Shown piece after piece: positions 9,581 through 20,716 of a DNA stretch of 64,000 nucleotides. The stretch's first letter is position 1. Each line of letters starts with the position of its first letter. Where the stretch lies: contig CAWIKA010000005.1 of assembly GCA_963836565.1 (NCBI GenBank), positions 557,685-621,684 on the forward strand, given 5' to 3'. The stretch comes from an uncultured Acidobacteriaceae bacterium (GTDB taxonomy: Bacteria > Acidobacteriota > Terriglobia > Terriglobales > Acidobacteriaceae). The position numbers and the translations under genes were made by a program. Under the pieces are notes generated by a model, which was not told the DNA's origin, made no database searches, and saw nothing but the letters and a program-made list of their open reading frames with translations.

Positions 9581-10795
9581 ATGACGGAGACGGCTACGCG
9601 TACCCAGCTTGCTTACCTGACAGGGATACTCGATGAATTGCGGGCGAAAGGGACCCACTTCAAACTGCGCGTCCTTGATGACCAGCAGGCGCCGGTATGC
9701 CACTATGACGGGCGCGAAGTGATCAACCTGGCCAGCAACAACTACCTTGGCCTGGCCAACCATCCGAAGCTAATTGAGGCCGCGCTGGCGGCGACGCGGA
9801 CCTTCGGCGTGGGGTCGGGGGCGGTGCGGACGATCGCGGGGACGATGCGCATTCACATGGAGTTGGAAGAGAAGATTGCGCGATTCAAGAATGTGGAGGC
9901 GTGCGTGGTCTTCCAGAGCGGATTTGCTGCCAACGCGGGGACGGTGAGCGCAATTCTGGGCAAGGAGGATTTCATCCTCTCCGATGAATTGAACCACGCC
10001 AGCATCATCGACGGGGCGCGGCTCTCGCGGGCAAAGATCAAGGTTTTCAGGCACAAGGACACGGCCCATTGCGAGGAATTGCTGAAGGAGATTGCCAGCG
10101 AGCCGGGGCACAAGCTGGTGATTACGGATGGTGTTTTTTCGATGGACGGCGACATTGGGCCCGTGGACAAACTGGCCGCGCTGGCGGAAAAGTACCGCGC
10201 CATCATGATGGTGGACGACGCGCACGCTTCGGGGGTGCTGGGACGCAACGGGCGCGGGTCAATTGACCATTTTGGCATGCACGGGCGCGTAGATGTGCAG
10301 GTGGGCACGCTGTCAAAGGCCATCGGCGCCCTGGGTGGATATGTCTGCGGATCGCGGGATCTGATTGATTACCTCTACCACCGCGCGCGGCCATTTCTGT
10401 TCTCTACGTCCCATCCGCCGTCAGTAGCGGCAACGTGCATTGCGGCCTTCGACATTCTGGAGAACGAGCCGGAGCGCATTCAGCGGCTGTGGGATAACAC
10501 GCACTACTTCCAGGGAGAACTGCACCGCATGGGCTTTAACATCGGTGGGGTGACGACGCCTGCGACCCAGACGCCGATCACGCCGATTATTGTGGGTGAG
10601 GGGCGGGCAGCGATGGACTTCAGCCGTGCGCTGTTTGACGAGGGCGTGATGGGAACGGGGATTGCGTTTCCCACGGTGCCGGAAGGTAAGGCGCGCATTC
10701 GGCTCATCCTGACAAGCGAACACACCAAAGCGCAACTGGACCGGGCGCTGGAAACCTTGGAGCGCGTAGCGAAGCGGATGGGGATTCTACAATAG
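9581..10795 (+). CDS. kbl: Glycine C-acetyltransferase / 8-amino-7-oxononanoate synthase family PLP enzyme
   Basis: NLASNNYLGLA, ITDGVFSMDGD, MVDDAHASGVLG, GTLSKAIG. ATG 9581 follows GAGGAG SD. BioF-like activity is not excluded. Confidence 0.82.
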   Translation: MTETATRTQLAYLTGILDELRAKGTHFKLRVLDDQQAPVCHYDGREVINLASNNYLGLANHPKLIEAALAATRTFGVGSGAVRTIAGTMRIHMELEEKIARFKNVEACVVFQSGFAANAGTVSAILGKEDFILSDELNHASIIDGARLSRAKIKVFRHKDTAHCEELLKEIASEPGHKLVITDGVFSMDGDIGPVDKLAALAEKYRAIMMVDDAHASGVLGRNGRGSIDHFGMHGRVDVQVGTLSKAIGALGGYVCGSRDLIDYLYHRARPFLFSTSHPPSVAATCIAAFDILENEPERIQRLWDNTHYFQGELHRMGFNIGGVTTPATQTPITPIIVGEGRAAMDFSRALFDEGVMGTGIAFPTVPEGKARIRLILTSEHTKAQLDRALETLERVAKRMGILQ

Positions 10796-10801
10796 GACGC
10801 A

Positions 10802-11392
10802 ATGATCGCTCACCTGCGTGGCAAGCTGATTCACAAAGAACCTGGCCAGGCCATTGTTGAGGCCGCCGGGGTGGGATATGACGTCGTCATTTCGGTGCCG
10901 ACATTTACGGCGCTGCCGTCGTTGGGCGCGGAAGCTTCGCTGCACATTCACACCCAGGTGAGCGAGGATCAGATTGCGCTGTTCGGCTTTCTCGAGCGCG
11001 ACGAGAAGCGGCTCTTCGAGCGACTGATTACGGTGAGCGGGGTCGGTCCCAAGCTGGCCATCAAGATGCTGAGCGGGCTTTCATCGGAGCGCACCGTGCA
11101 GGCGATTCGCGGGCAGGACCACGCAATGCTGACGCGGATTCCCGGGGTGGGCAAGAAGTTGGCGGAGCGGCTTGTGGTGGAGTTGAAAGACAAACTGGAC
11201 GATTTTGCAGTCGCGCCAGCGCCCTCGTCCGTAGCGGGGCCAGCGGTGGAAGATGTGCTATCGGCGCTGGTGAATCTGGGTTACCAGCGCCTCGCAGCCG
11301 AGAAGGCGATTGCACAGGCTGTCGCCAAGGAAAAGGCGCTCGCAGGCGATTTTGACGGGCTATTTCGCGGCGCGCTGAAAGTTATCCGGTAA
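10802..11392 (+). CDS. ruvA: Holliday junction branch migration protein RuvA
   Basis: MIAHLRGKL, GVGYDV, LFGF, LITVSGVGPKLA, IPGVGKKLAERLVVELKDK, ALVNLGY. Confidence 0.97.
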   Translation: MIAHLRGKLIHKEPGQAIVEAAGVGYDVVISVPTFTALPSLGAEASLHIHTQVSEDQIALFGFLERDEKRLFERLITVSGVGPKLAIKMLSGLSSERTVQAIRGQDHAMLTRIPGVGKKLAERLVVELKDKLDDFAVAPAPSSVAGPAVEDVLSALVNLGYQRLAAEKAIAQAVAKEKALAGDFDGLFRGALKVIR

Positions 11393-11570
11393 ACTGGTAG
11401 AGCCCCTTCTAAAAAGATCGCGATTTTAGGGATTCCTTACCGCGGAATTAGTTGCACCTAATTCAATTTTTCAAGCCGGGTCGGTAACACTCTGTTCGCT
11501 TTGTCCGTTCTAACTGACAAGGGCGGCTGGACCTCAATTTCCGAGTGTCAGGTTCCCGGGCACCTCAAGG

Positions 11571-12515
11571 ATGGTTTGTTTGCGTTTTATCGTTGCTCTT
11601 CTGTGCCTGGGCCTGGCCGCCGGCAGTCACGCCCAGTCAGTACAACTTCCTGATTCACCGCAGCCCTCGGCCAGCCTCGCGGCGGCAAGCGCTTCGGCGC
11701 CTGATTCCGGCGAATCCTCTTCCGTGGCGGATTTCTCATGGCAAACTGACTCGACTTACGCTCCGGACTCCCGGCAGGCGGGCCAGCCTGTGCCGGAAAC
11801 CGATCCGGGTGGCGCGCGTCCCAAGCCTGGTTCCAATGTTCCGGTCGACGCTAACGGGAATGTGATACCCCTCGAACGCCAGCAGCCGCGACGCATCCTT
11901 GGCTTCATGCCCAACTTCCGCTCCGTTTCAGGCGGAGCCGCGCCGCCACCCCCAGGCTGGAAATACAACTTCATCGTTGCTACCCATCAGGCTACTGACT
12001 ATTCCACCTTCATATTTCTTGGGCTGACGTCCATCACCGCTGAAGGGATGAACATGCACCCTTCCCTCGGCAAGGGTGTTGACGGATTCTACGCCTACAC
12101 CTGGCGCGGTTTTCTGGATAAAACCGACGGCACGTATCTTTCGGCCTGGCTGTTGCCGAGTCTTCTGCACGAGGACACACGATTTTATGCCCTTGGCACA
12201 GGCCACAGCATCCTGGTCCGCTCTCTTTATGTGATAAGCCGCCAAGCCGTAGCCCGGACCTATGGGGGCAGGCAGACACCTAATTTCGCCGGACTTGGCG
12301 GCAAGGTGCTGACCCAGGTGGTCTCGCGGTACTATTACCCCCCGAGTGCGACAAGCTTTGGCGTCCTTGCCAGCAAGTTCGGCTATTCCGTCATGCGCGA
12401 CGTAATGTTTTCCTCCATTCGCGAGTTTTATCCCGATATCGCCGCGCACTATATTCGCAAGCATCGCGCAAAGGTGGCTCGGCTCGCCATACAGAATGCT
12501 GCTCCTGCTCGCTGA
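11571..12515 (+). CDS. Exported acidobacterial hypothetical protein
   Basis: Signal peptide, low-complexity linker, RILGFMPNF, LLHEDTRF, TPNFAGLGG; resembles the protein at 47938-48591. Confidence 0.75.
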   Translation: MVCLRFIVALLCLGLAAGSHAQSVQLPDSPQPSASLAAASASAPDSGESSSVADFSWQTDSTYAPDSRQAGQPVPETDPGGARPKPGSNVPVDANGNVIPLERQQPRRILGFMPNFRSVSGGAAPPPPGWKYNFIVATHQATDYSTFIFLGLTSITAEGMNMHPSLGKGVDGFYAYTWRGFLDKTDGTYLSAWLLPSLLHEDTRFYALGTGHSILVRSLYVISRQAVARTYGGRQTPNFAGLGGKVLTQVVSRYYYPPSATSFGVLASKFGYSVMRDVMFSSIREFYPDIAAHYIRKHRAKVARLAIQNAAPAR

Positions 12516-12554
12516 GGTACCCAGTTCAATTATTTTTGTTAACCTTACTGAGGT

Positions 12555-13313
12555 ATGCCACGCACTAAGAAATCCCCAACAATTCAAGCTGCTTCATCAA
12601 CGTCCGCCGCTTATTTTCGTCCCCAGGCAATTACCTTTCTGCGCAGCTTGGCGAAGCACAACGATCGCGAGTGGTTCACGCCCCGGAAAGCTGTCTTTGA
12701 AGCGGAGCTGAAGCAGCCGATGCTGGCCATCGTCCGCAAGGTGACGGATGCCATGGCGGAGTTTGCGCCAAATCACGTGCGGCCAGCGGAGAAAAGCCTG
12801 TTCAGGATTTATCGCGACACGCGCTTCAGCAACAACAAGCTGCCGTACAAAACGCACGTTGCGGCGTGGTGGTCGCACATGGGAATGGAGAAGACTTCGG
12901 GGGCGGGCTACTACTTCCAGGTGAGCCCTAAGGGCGTGGTGATTGCCGCTGGGTCTTATATGCCAGAGAAGGAGCAGTTAGCGGCGATTCGACATTGGCT
13001 GCTGGACAACCATGCGGCCTTCAGAAAACTGATTGACAAGCCGGCGGTGCGAAGGGCATTTACCGAATTTGAGGGAGAGGCGCTGACACGGCCGCCGAAG
13101 GGATTCCCCTGCGAGCACCCGGCGATGGACCTGATCAAGTGCAAGCAATGGGGATTGAGCACAACATTGCCGGTGGAGACTGCGCTTGAAGCAAACTTTG
13201 CGCAGACACTAATCCGGCATTTCAAGCTTCTGGCGCCAATGGTGGATGCCTTGAATACGCCCATTGCCGCGGCTCTCTCTCCAAAGAAAAAGGTACTTTT
13301 CGGGCTGCATTGA
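12555..13313 (+). CDS. DUF2461 (TIGR02453-like) protein
   Basis: FLRSLAKHNDREWF, FRIYRDTRFSNNKLPYKTH, LTRPPKGF. Confidence 0.9.
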   Translation: MPRTKKSPTIQAASSTSAAYFRPQAITFLRSLAKHNDREWFTPRKAVFEAELKQPMLAIVRKVTDAMAEFAPNHVRPAEKSLFRIYRDTRFSNNKLPYKTHVAAWWSHMGMEKTSGAGYYFQVSPKGVVIAAGSYMPEKEQLAAIRHWLLDNHAAFRKLIDKPAVRRAFTEFEGEALTRPPKGFPCEHPAMDLIKCKQWGLSTTLPVETALEANFAQTLIRHFKLLAPMVDALNTPIAAALSPKKKVLFGLH

Positions 13314-13638
13314 GACATTGCGGAGAGGGCGTATTTTGCGGGTTGCGAGGCTGGGCCGACCGACAAATTCCGCTGAATACGGGCAAATTCAGGCAAAAAT
13401 AGGTGATATATGCACAAAAACCCAAGAAAATTGTGGAAATCGGTCGTTTTCCCATTGACTTTGCCTGCCCTGAGGGGGCATGGTAACCAACGACGGGGTT
13501 CTGAAGAACCCGCATGAATACAGGGGTTTCGTGCAAACGTTGCCTCAGTCGCACCCCCTCCATGCGGTACGCAATTCAGCGACGGAAGCCCAGGCAACAA
13601 CGGCTGCCCCGAGGGCACGCCCAGAAGGAGAACATCAC

Positions 13639-13935
13639 ATGGCAACTGGAATGACCAAGACCGCATTGACGCGGCACATGGCCGAGAAGCTTCAACTGAC
13701 CAACAAGCAATCCGCTGCCTTCCTGGACATGCTGGCGGAGACCGCCATCAAGGAAACCAAGAAGAACGGCGTATTCGTAATCCCCGGCATCGGCCGCCTG
13801 GTAAAGGCGGAACGCAAGGCCCGCATCGGCCGTAACCCCCAAACCGGCGCGGCCATCAAGATCAAGGCCAAGACGGTGGTCAAGTTCCGCGTGGCCAAGG
13901 CCGCCAAGGACGTGATCGCTCCTGCGAAGAAGTAG
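13639..13935 (+). CDS. hup: HU family DNA-binding protein
   Basis: IPGIGRLVKAERKARIGRNPQTGAAIKIKAKTVVKFR; AGAAGGAG SD before ATG 13639. Confidence 0.95.
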   Translation: MATGMTKTALTRHMAEKLQLTNKQSAAFLDMLAETAIKETKKNGVFVIPGIGRLVKAERKARIGRNPQTGAAIKIKAKTVVKFRVAKAAKDVIAPAKK

Positions 13936-13954
13936 TTTTCCGGACTGCGGACCG

Positions 13955-13984
13955 AAGGGGAGAAGCTCTAGAGCTTCTCCCCTT
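13955..13984 (+). terminator. Perfect 30-bp palindrome, putative terminator after hup
   Basis: AAGGGGAGAAGCTC-TA-GAGCTTCTCCCCTT, 20 bp after the stop codon. Confidence 0.8.
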
Positions 13985-14043
13985 TACCGTTTGCGCCTAG
14001 GTTCTGCGATTTTGTTCTGTCGTCGTTTGTTGTCCCACATCCA

Positions 14044-14484
14044 ATGGGCATGGCAAAGACTTCTTCGACGAACTCCTCGACTGTGTCGAGGGCGGCTACT
14101 CCGGCTACTGTTGTCCTGCTTCTGCGCCTTGAGGGGCTGGCAGTTGCGGCCGTCTCCGCGAGTCTTTACGCGCGCACGGGAGCCAGCTGGTGGCTCTTTG
14201 TGGCGCTATGGCTTATACCTGACCTCTCGATGCTGGGGTATCTTGGCGGAGCGTGCCGGGGAGCGCGGATTTACAATGCAGTGCACGCGTATGTGGCGCC
14301 GTTGGTGCTGGCGTTGTGTGCGTTGTTGCTGCATGCGCACGGGCTGGTGCCCTTTGCGCTGATCTGGGTGAACCACATTGGGGTGGATCGGCTGCTGGGA
14401 TACGGGCTGAAGTATGCGAACGGATTCAAGTGGACGCATCTGAACAAACCTGGAATGCGCGAAGTTAGGTTTCTGACCGTTTAA
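14044..14484 (+). CDS. DUF4260-family membrane protein
   Basis: LLRLEG, PDLSMLGY, YNAVH, HIGVDRLLGYGLKY, HL. Confidence 0.88.
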   Translation: MGMAKTSSTNSSTVSRAATPATVVLLLRLEGLAVAAVSASLYARTGASWWLFVALWLIPDLSMLGYLGGACRGARIYNAVHAYVAPLVLALCALLLHAHGLVPFALIWVNHIGVDRLLGYGLKYANGFKWTHLNKPGMREVRFLTV

Positions 14485-14499
14485 TTTTGTATGAACCAT

Positions 14500-14531
14500 G
14501 GGTGCCCCAGGTTTCGATGTTGAAACCTGGG
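14500..14531. repeat. REP-like hairpin between convergent genes
   Basis: GGGTG-CCCAGGTTTC-GATGTT-GAAACCTGGG: 10-bp perfect stem preceded by a GGGTGCCCC motif. Confidence 0.65.
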
Positions 14532-14571
14532 AAAGCAATCACTCAAGGGACCAATTCATGCGGTCAGGGAC

Positions 14572-15327
14572 CTAGTCAGCTGGGTTAGCGCCAGGAAGCA
14601 CACCGGGTGTGAGCGCTCGCGCCACGAGCGACAGGCCCAGCGACACGATGATGGCTTTCACCATGAGGCGGTTGTCATAGCTCCACGACAGAAAGGCCAG
14701 CGCAACGAAGACGCCGATGGGCGTGATCTCCGTCAGCACACCGGGGAGCCATTGCGGCGCGGCGCCGGTACGCGGCAGAGTGCTATGCAGCCGGGGAATG
14801 AGGCGCGGAACGGCGCGCGTGTAGGCGTGGTAGGGCTCGCCGAGTTGAGCAGAGAGGAACGCTTCTTCACCGAGGATGAGCCTCATTAGAAAAAAAGTGA
14901 GGACTGTCATGGTGCAGAGAGCGCCCGTGGGAGGCATAAGGAAGGCCACGGCTGCCACCATGCACCACAAGCCGAGATAGAGCGGGTTGCGGACGTAGCG
15001 GTAGGGGCCGTCCGCCATGACCGCGCCGGCTTTCATTTTCAGATTGTGCACGGTGGCTGGGCCAAGATAGGACGAGCCCCAGACACGCAGAATCGCGCCC
15101 ACGCCGGCGATGATTGCAGCCGCGACAATGACTATGGGCGAACCAAGAGTGAAGCTCAGAACACGCGCCCGGCTCAATTCGAGCGGCAGCCACTCAAGCA
15201 GTGGGATGCGATGGGCAAATTGAGCACGAGGCCCCCAGGCCTCGATCCACGGTGCCCAAAAGCCCAGAATGATGATCGCCGTATTGATGGCCATCCGCAG
15301 ACGAAACTCCAATTTTGTCGCGCGCAT
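14572..15327 (-). CDS. Isoprenylcysteine carboxyl methyltransferase/PEMT-family membrane protein
   Basis: GPYRYVRNPLYLG, EEAFL...LGEPY, YTRAVPRLIP. Confidence 0.88.
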   Translation of the reverse strand: MRATKLEFRLRMAINTAIIILGFWAPWIEAWGPRAQFAHRIPLLEWLPLELSRARVLSFTLGSPIVIVAAAIIAGVGAILRVWGSSYLGPATVHNLKMKAGAVMADGPYRYVRNPLYLGLWCMVAAVAFLMPPTGALCTMTVLTFFLMRLILGEEAFLSAQLGEPYHAYTRAVPRLIPRLHSTLPRTGAAPQWLPGVLTEITPIGVFVALAFLSWSYDNRLMVKAIIVSLGLSLVARALTPGVLPGANPAD

Positions 15328-15381
15328 TTACGCTCCCGCAGGAGGGCGTTTAACACCCGAAGCACGGCGAATTGCGGACTG

Positions 15382-18030
15382 CTATTCGCAGCGCAGCGCG
15401 GCCATGGGGTCGGTCTTCATGGCGGAGCGGGCGGGAATGAGCGTGGCCGCGAGAGCCACCAGGGCCAGCAGCAATGTGACGGCAGCGAAGCTCGCTGGGT
15501 CGTGAGGGCCGACGCCAAAAAGGAGGCTCTTGAGCACGCGCGAAAGGGCAAGCGCGCACACTAGCCCAATAGCGCCGCCGAGCGCAACGAGGCGCAAGCC
15601 TTCGCGGAGAATGAGCCGCATGATGTCGAGCCGGCTCGCGCCAAGGGCCATGCGCACACCGATCTCCTGAGTGCGCTGGACGGCCATGAACGCGATAACG
15701 CCATAGAGGCCGATGATAGCCACGACGAGGCCCGTGAAGGCGAAGAAGCCGAGCAGAGCCGTTTCAAAGCGGGGACGGTCGGCGAGCGAATTGACTTGTT
15801 GCTTCAGAGTCTCAATCTCTACAGGAACGGTAGGATCGAGCTGGGCGATCTGCGACCGTACCCAAGGCGCAACTGCTCTCGGCGAAAGAAACGAATCGAT
15901 GATCACGATTGGCGCCCGACCTTCCCAGTCGCTCGCGCTGTTCCTTCTGAGGAAATAAATCTCTGGCTGGTCCGGCTCAATGAGTCCACCATTCTTTACG
16001 TTTTCAGCCACGCCTATCACCGTAGACCAAGGCCCGTTCTTTTCCGTCTGCAAACGCTTGCCGACCGGGTCCTCGCCCGGAAAAAGGCGAGCGGCCAGAA
16101 GTCTGCTGATGACCACCATCGGTATGTTGGAATGCCGGTCTTGTTCAGTAAAGTTGCGGCCGCGCACAATGGGGATATTCAGGGCGGGAAAGTAATCGGG
16201 CGTGACCTTGCGATCGGCCACCATCTCGCCCGTTCCCTGCGCCGGATGGGGTTTCCCTTCAGCTGCCATCTCCGACCAGCGCATACCGTTCTGCCAGCCC
16301 CCAGGGGGCACCGAATCGCTGATTGCCACAGCACGCATTCCAGGCAAACGACGAAGCGCCGCCTCTGCCTGAAGATAGAACTCCATCTGTTTCTGGCCTG
16401 TGTCGTAGCGGAATCGGGGAAGAGCAATCTGCACCGTAGAGACTCCGCCGGTCTGCATGCCGAGGCTCTGATCTTGCATATTCTGAAAGCTCTTGAGCAG
16501 CAGTGCTGCGCCGGAGAGCAGGACCACACTGATCGCAATTTGTCCCGCAACCAGGCTTCGACGAAGCGCAGAGCGTTTTCGGAATTTCGCGGCGCGAGCG
16601 GCCAGCGCGATCGCGCGTGGCGTTTGCAAAGCGGGCAGCAGACCGAACAGCACGCCACATAACAGAGATAGCAGCACGGTGAACAAAGCGATGCGGAGAT
16701 CCAGCCCGTCTCTGGCGAGGAATGGGATGCCTGTGGGAGCAAGGCTCTTGAAGACTCGCAAGAGGCCCTCTGCCAGCGCCATTCCCATCGCGGCTCCGGC
16801 AAACGAGAGCAGGACGGCCTCAACGAGCGTTTGCCGAATAAGCCGGCCACGGGAGGCGCCCAACATCGAGCGCACCGCCAACTCGCGCTCACGAGCCTCG
16901 CCGCGCGCCATCATGAGGCTGGCCACGTTCGCGCAGGCAATCAACAGCACAGCGAGTACCGACCCCAAAAGGATCCAGGCGGTTAACTGCACATCCTGGG
17001 TCTCGCGGTCGCGCAGCGAACGAATGATGAGATGAATGTCCTTGCGAACATCCGACGGAATGAATGTGTTGCGGGTATGGAGGAACAAGGGCTCCATCTC
17101 TGCTCTTGCCTGCTCAATGCTTACTCCCGGCTTGAGGCGGGCAAAAGTGCGCATGGGATTGCCGTAGCCTCCGTTCGCAGTTTTCTGGTCCGCGCGATTC
17201 AGTGCCATCGGGAAAATCACGTCTGCTGACTGCAGCGTGGGAAACTGAAAATCCCTGGGCAGCACGCCAACGACGCGCGCGGGGCTGCCGTCCACATTAA
17301 TCAGCCGGTTCAGGATACCGGGATCCCGGTTGTAATGGCCCTGCCACAATCCGTAGGAGATAAGGACCACGCGCGGTCCATTGGGCCGGTCTTCCTCCGG
17401 CAGGAAGTTGCGGCCCAGCGCGGGCGAGACTCCGAACAGAGGTAGAAACCCGGCGCCGAAGGTGAGGCAGTCGAGCTGTGCCGGATTGTTCTCTACCAAA
17501 TCGCAGGGATGCGTCCCCGTACCCTGAATTGCCATGGCCTCAAACGGCTTCTGATTGTCACGCCAATCAAAGTAGAAACCGCCCATCATAAATTCCCGCC
17601 GCTCCAGCGAATGCACCATTCCGATGGAGACGATCTGGTCGGCGTGAGCGTACGGAAGGCTGCGAAAGAGGATGCGGTCTACGACGCTGAAGACACCGGT
17701 GGTGGCGCCGATGCCCAGCGCAAGCGTCGCGATCACTGTGACCGTGAATACCGGATTGCGACGAAAGCCGCGCAGGGCATAGCGCACATCGCGCAGCAAG
17801 CTCTCAAGCCATGGGAGCGTGGTGCGCTCGCGGTAGGCCTGCCGGGCTTGCTCCGCGCCGCCAAGACGGATAAGGGCCTGGCGGCGTGCTTCTTCCTCGC
17901 AAAGGCCTTCGCGGATGCCGGCTTCGACGTGCAGATCGATGTGGGAGGAAAGCTCGGCGTCGAAATCGCTGTCGTTCCGCAGATGCAGAAAACTCGACAG
18001 TCGACGGATCAGCGCTCTGAGTTTGGGCAT
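15382..18030 (-). CDS. ADOP-type MacB/FtsX-like permease (array member 4)
   Basis: Prefix domain; LIACANVASL; ELAVRSMLGA; EIGVRMALGA; DPMAALRCE. Confidence 0.92.
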   Translation of the reverse strand: MPKLRALIRRLSSFLHLRNDSDFDAELSSHIDLHVEAGIREGLCEEEARRQALIRLGGAEQARQAYRERTTLPWLESLLRDVRYALRGFRRNPVFTVTVIATLALGIGATTGVFSVVDRILFRSLPYAHADQIVSIGMVHSLERREFMMGGFYFDWRDNQKPFEAMAIQGTGTHPCDLVENNPAQLDCLTFGAGFLPLFGVSPALGRNFLPEEDRPNGPRVVLISYGLWQGHYNRDPGILNRLINVDGSPARVVGVLPRDFQFPTLQSADVIFPMALNRADQKTANGGYGNPMRTFARLKPGVSIEQARAEMEPLFLHTRNTFIPSDVRKDIHLIIRSLRDRETQDVQLTAWILLGSVLAVLLIACANVASLMMARGEARERELAVRSMLGASRGRLIRQTLVEAVLLSFAGAAMGMALAEGLLRVFKSLAPTGIPFLARDGLDLRIALFTVLLSLLCGVLFGLLPALQTPRAIALAARAAKFRKRSALRRSLVAGQIAISVVLLSGAALLLKSFQNMQDQSLGMQTGGVSTVQIALPRFRYDTGQKQMEFYLQAEAALRRLPGMRAVAISDSVPPGGWQNGMRWSEMAAEGKPHPAQGTGEMVADRKVTPDYFPALNIPIVRGRNFTEQDRHSNIPMVVISRLLAARLFPGEDPVGKRLQTEKNGPWSTVIGVAENVKNGGLIEPDQPEIYFLRRNSASDWEGRAPIVIIDSFLSPRAVAPWVRSQIAQLDPTVPVEIETLKQQVNSLADRPRFETALLGFFAFTGLVVAIIGLYGVIAFMAVQRTQEIGVRMALGASRLDIMRLILREGLRLVALGGAIGLVCALALSRVLKSLLFGVGPHDPASFAAVTLLLALVALAATLIPARSAMKTDPMAALRCE

Positions 18031-18039
18031 CTATTGCTC

Positions 18040-20707
18040 CTAATCCGCGCGCAGAGCCTGCATGGGATCGATAGCGGCAGCGCGGCGCGCGGGAATCCAT
18101 GACGCGGCGAGTGCGACGACGAGTATCAGCAGCGCCACCCCGCAATAGGTAATGGGGTCAAGCGAGCTGACCTCGAACAGGAAACTGCGCAACAAACGGC
18201 TGAGAGCGAGTGCGCCCAGAAGGCCGGCGGCACAGCCCCCCGCCGCGAGTAGGAGGCTCTGGCGCACGACAGCAGACACAATTTGCCAGCGCTGCGCTCC
18301 GAGCGCGAGTCGAAGGCCGATCTCGCGTGTCCGCCAACTGACAATGTAGGCAATGAGGCTGTAGACGCCGATCGCTCCGATGACGACGGCCAGTCGTACC
18401 GAATCCAAGCAGTAGCATGGCGAGCGAGCGCGCGGCGCGGCTGACGGACGTGGCGACAACTTGATTGAGCGTGCGGACGCGCGTGACCGGAACCAGCGAG
18501 TCAATGCCGGCGACGGCGCGGCGGAACCCGGCCGCTGTTTCAGCTGGAGGGATGCGGGTCCGGAGCAGGACATACATTACAGGCTGCTCGCGCGAGGCAG
18601 TCATGGGTAAGTAGACTTCATCGTTAAATCCGCCTTCAAGGCTGCCTTCGCGCGCATTGCGCACTATGCCGACGATGATGGAAGCGCGCGCCGGATCCCA
18701 CACGGCAGGTGCGGGAGCGTCGTTGACATCGAGAAGACGCTTGCCAATCGGATCCTGGTTGGGCCAGAGCCTCGCGGCCATACGCTGGTTCACAACCACG
18801 GCGTGGCTGGCGCCGCTGGCGTCTTGCGAGTTGAGCAGCCGGCCGCGGACCAGTTGCAGGCCCAGCACATCGAAGTAGCCGGGCGAGACAGTTCTCCCTG
18901 TGGCCAGCAGCGCTCCCTGGCGTGGAGAACGCGGATGACCTTCAGCGTCGTAAACATAGTTGTTGTTGCGCCCGCTGAGCGGGAGGGAATCAGTCAGGGC
19001 CAGGCTTTCGACGTCCGCAGAACCCTGCGCACGGTCGAGCAGGGTCTCAAAGAAGGACTGGCAACGGCCTTTGTCTCTGCAGGCCGCCGCGTCCAGCGCG
19101 ACTTCTGCAGTCACAGTGTGGTCAGTGCGAAAGCCAGGATCGACGCGGGAAAGTTTGTAGAGGCTGTGCAGCATGAGTCCGGCCGTGGTAATCACCATGA
19201 CGGAAAGGCCGATCTGCGCCATAACCAGGGCCATCGAAAGACCGAAGCGCGATCCTCGGCCGGCGAGGCCGCGACTGCCGACACGCAGCGTTGCGAGCAG
19301 ACCGATGGAGGCCATTTTGAACGAAGGGATGAGTCCGAAGAGGATTCCGGCAAGCACCGATGCGCCGAGCGTGAAGAGAATGTCTCCCGCGTGCAGCGAG
19401 ACATTGTGAATGCGCGGTGTATCGGCGGGCAGAAGACGTACGAAAACACGCAAGCTGGCAGCGGCAGTTGCCAGGCCGACCGCGCCGGCAGCCAGGCCCA
19501 GCACCACGCTTTCAGAAAGCAATTGTTGAATGAGGCGCCGGCCTGAAGCACCCAACGCGCCGCGAATGGCCAGTTCGCGTTCGCGCGCAGTTGCCCGGGC
19601 GAGCATGAGGTTCGCGACGTTGGCGCAGGCGATGAGCAGGATAAGACCGACGGCGCCGAAGAGCAATAAGAGCCGCGGACGCATGGCGCCAGTTTCGGAT
19701 TCCAGCAGCGGAACAACCGTCGTGTCGGAAGCCCAGATGTCGGGCATTCGCCAGGGAAAGAGCGGCAAGAGGATGCCGTGCAGGCGGCGCAGATCGGCCT
19801 GTGCCTGAGCCGCTGTAACGCCATCAGCAAGGCGGCCAAAGACATGCAGGTCGAATACATTCCACGGATCGAGCGGATTGTCGAGGTGGTACGAAACCGG
19901 AATCACGAACTGCGTGTCGGCGTAGGGAAAGTGCACGCCGGCAGGCATGACGCCGATGATGCGGCGCGAGACTCCGTCGACGCGGAGCGATCGACCGAGA
20001 GCAGCGGGTTGGCCTGCGAAGTGCTCATGCCAGTAGCCATAGCTCAGCACGACGTCGTGATCCCGGCCAGCGATAGCATCATCGGGAGTGAAAAAATCGC
20101 CGATTTCAGGCTGAATGCCCAAGGTATCGAATGCATTGACGGTAACGGCTGCACCGAAGACGCGATCTGGAGTGTCGGAGTCGGAGAGATTCGACTCGAT
20201 GTCGTCACCGAAGCCGGCGATGGACGCGAAGGCCCTGGAGTGCTCGCCCAATGCACGTATCCATCCCTTGGGGAAGGCCGGCGAGGTGGTGCCGGAAATG
20301 AGCATGAGGCGGTCCTGGCGCGCATAGGGCAGGGGACGAAGCAGGATGGAATCGACCAATGTATAAATGATCGTATTGGCGCCGATGCCGAGCGCCAAAG
20401 TGAGCACTGCGGTGAGCGTGAAGCCAGGCGCTTTGCGCATTTGCCGCAGAGCGAAGCGGATATCCTGTGCCGCGCTCTCAACAAGTGGCACCGTGGAACG
20501 CTCGCGGTAGGCCTGCCGTGTCTGCTCGGCGCCCCCGACGCGAAGGAGGGCCTGACGGCGAGCCTCCTCGGGTGCGAGACCAGCCCGCAAGCCCGTTTCC
20601 GTGTCCATGTCCACGTGGCTTTCCAACTCGGCGGAAAATTCTTCTTCCGCGCGAGCGCGGCCGAAGAGACCAAGCATTCTCATCCACAGCGCTCTCATCT
20701 TCCGCAT
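18040..20707 (-). pseudogene. ADOP-type permease (array member 3) with a +1 frameshift near 18394
   Basis: ORF 18158-20707 loses homology after LLLGFGT. The missing C-terminus LAVVIGAIGVYSLIAY...DPMQALRAD is in the frame ending at 18040. Extra A in GGT ACG A CTG GCC. Could be a sequencing error. Confidence 0.85.
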
Positions 20708-20716
20708 TTCAACCTC

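Noticed and set aside
10802-11392. ruvA without ruvB/ruvC as an anomaly
   Set aside because: Split ruv genes are common; nothing else is unusual.
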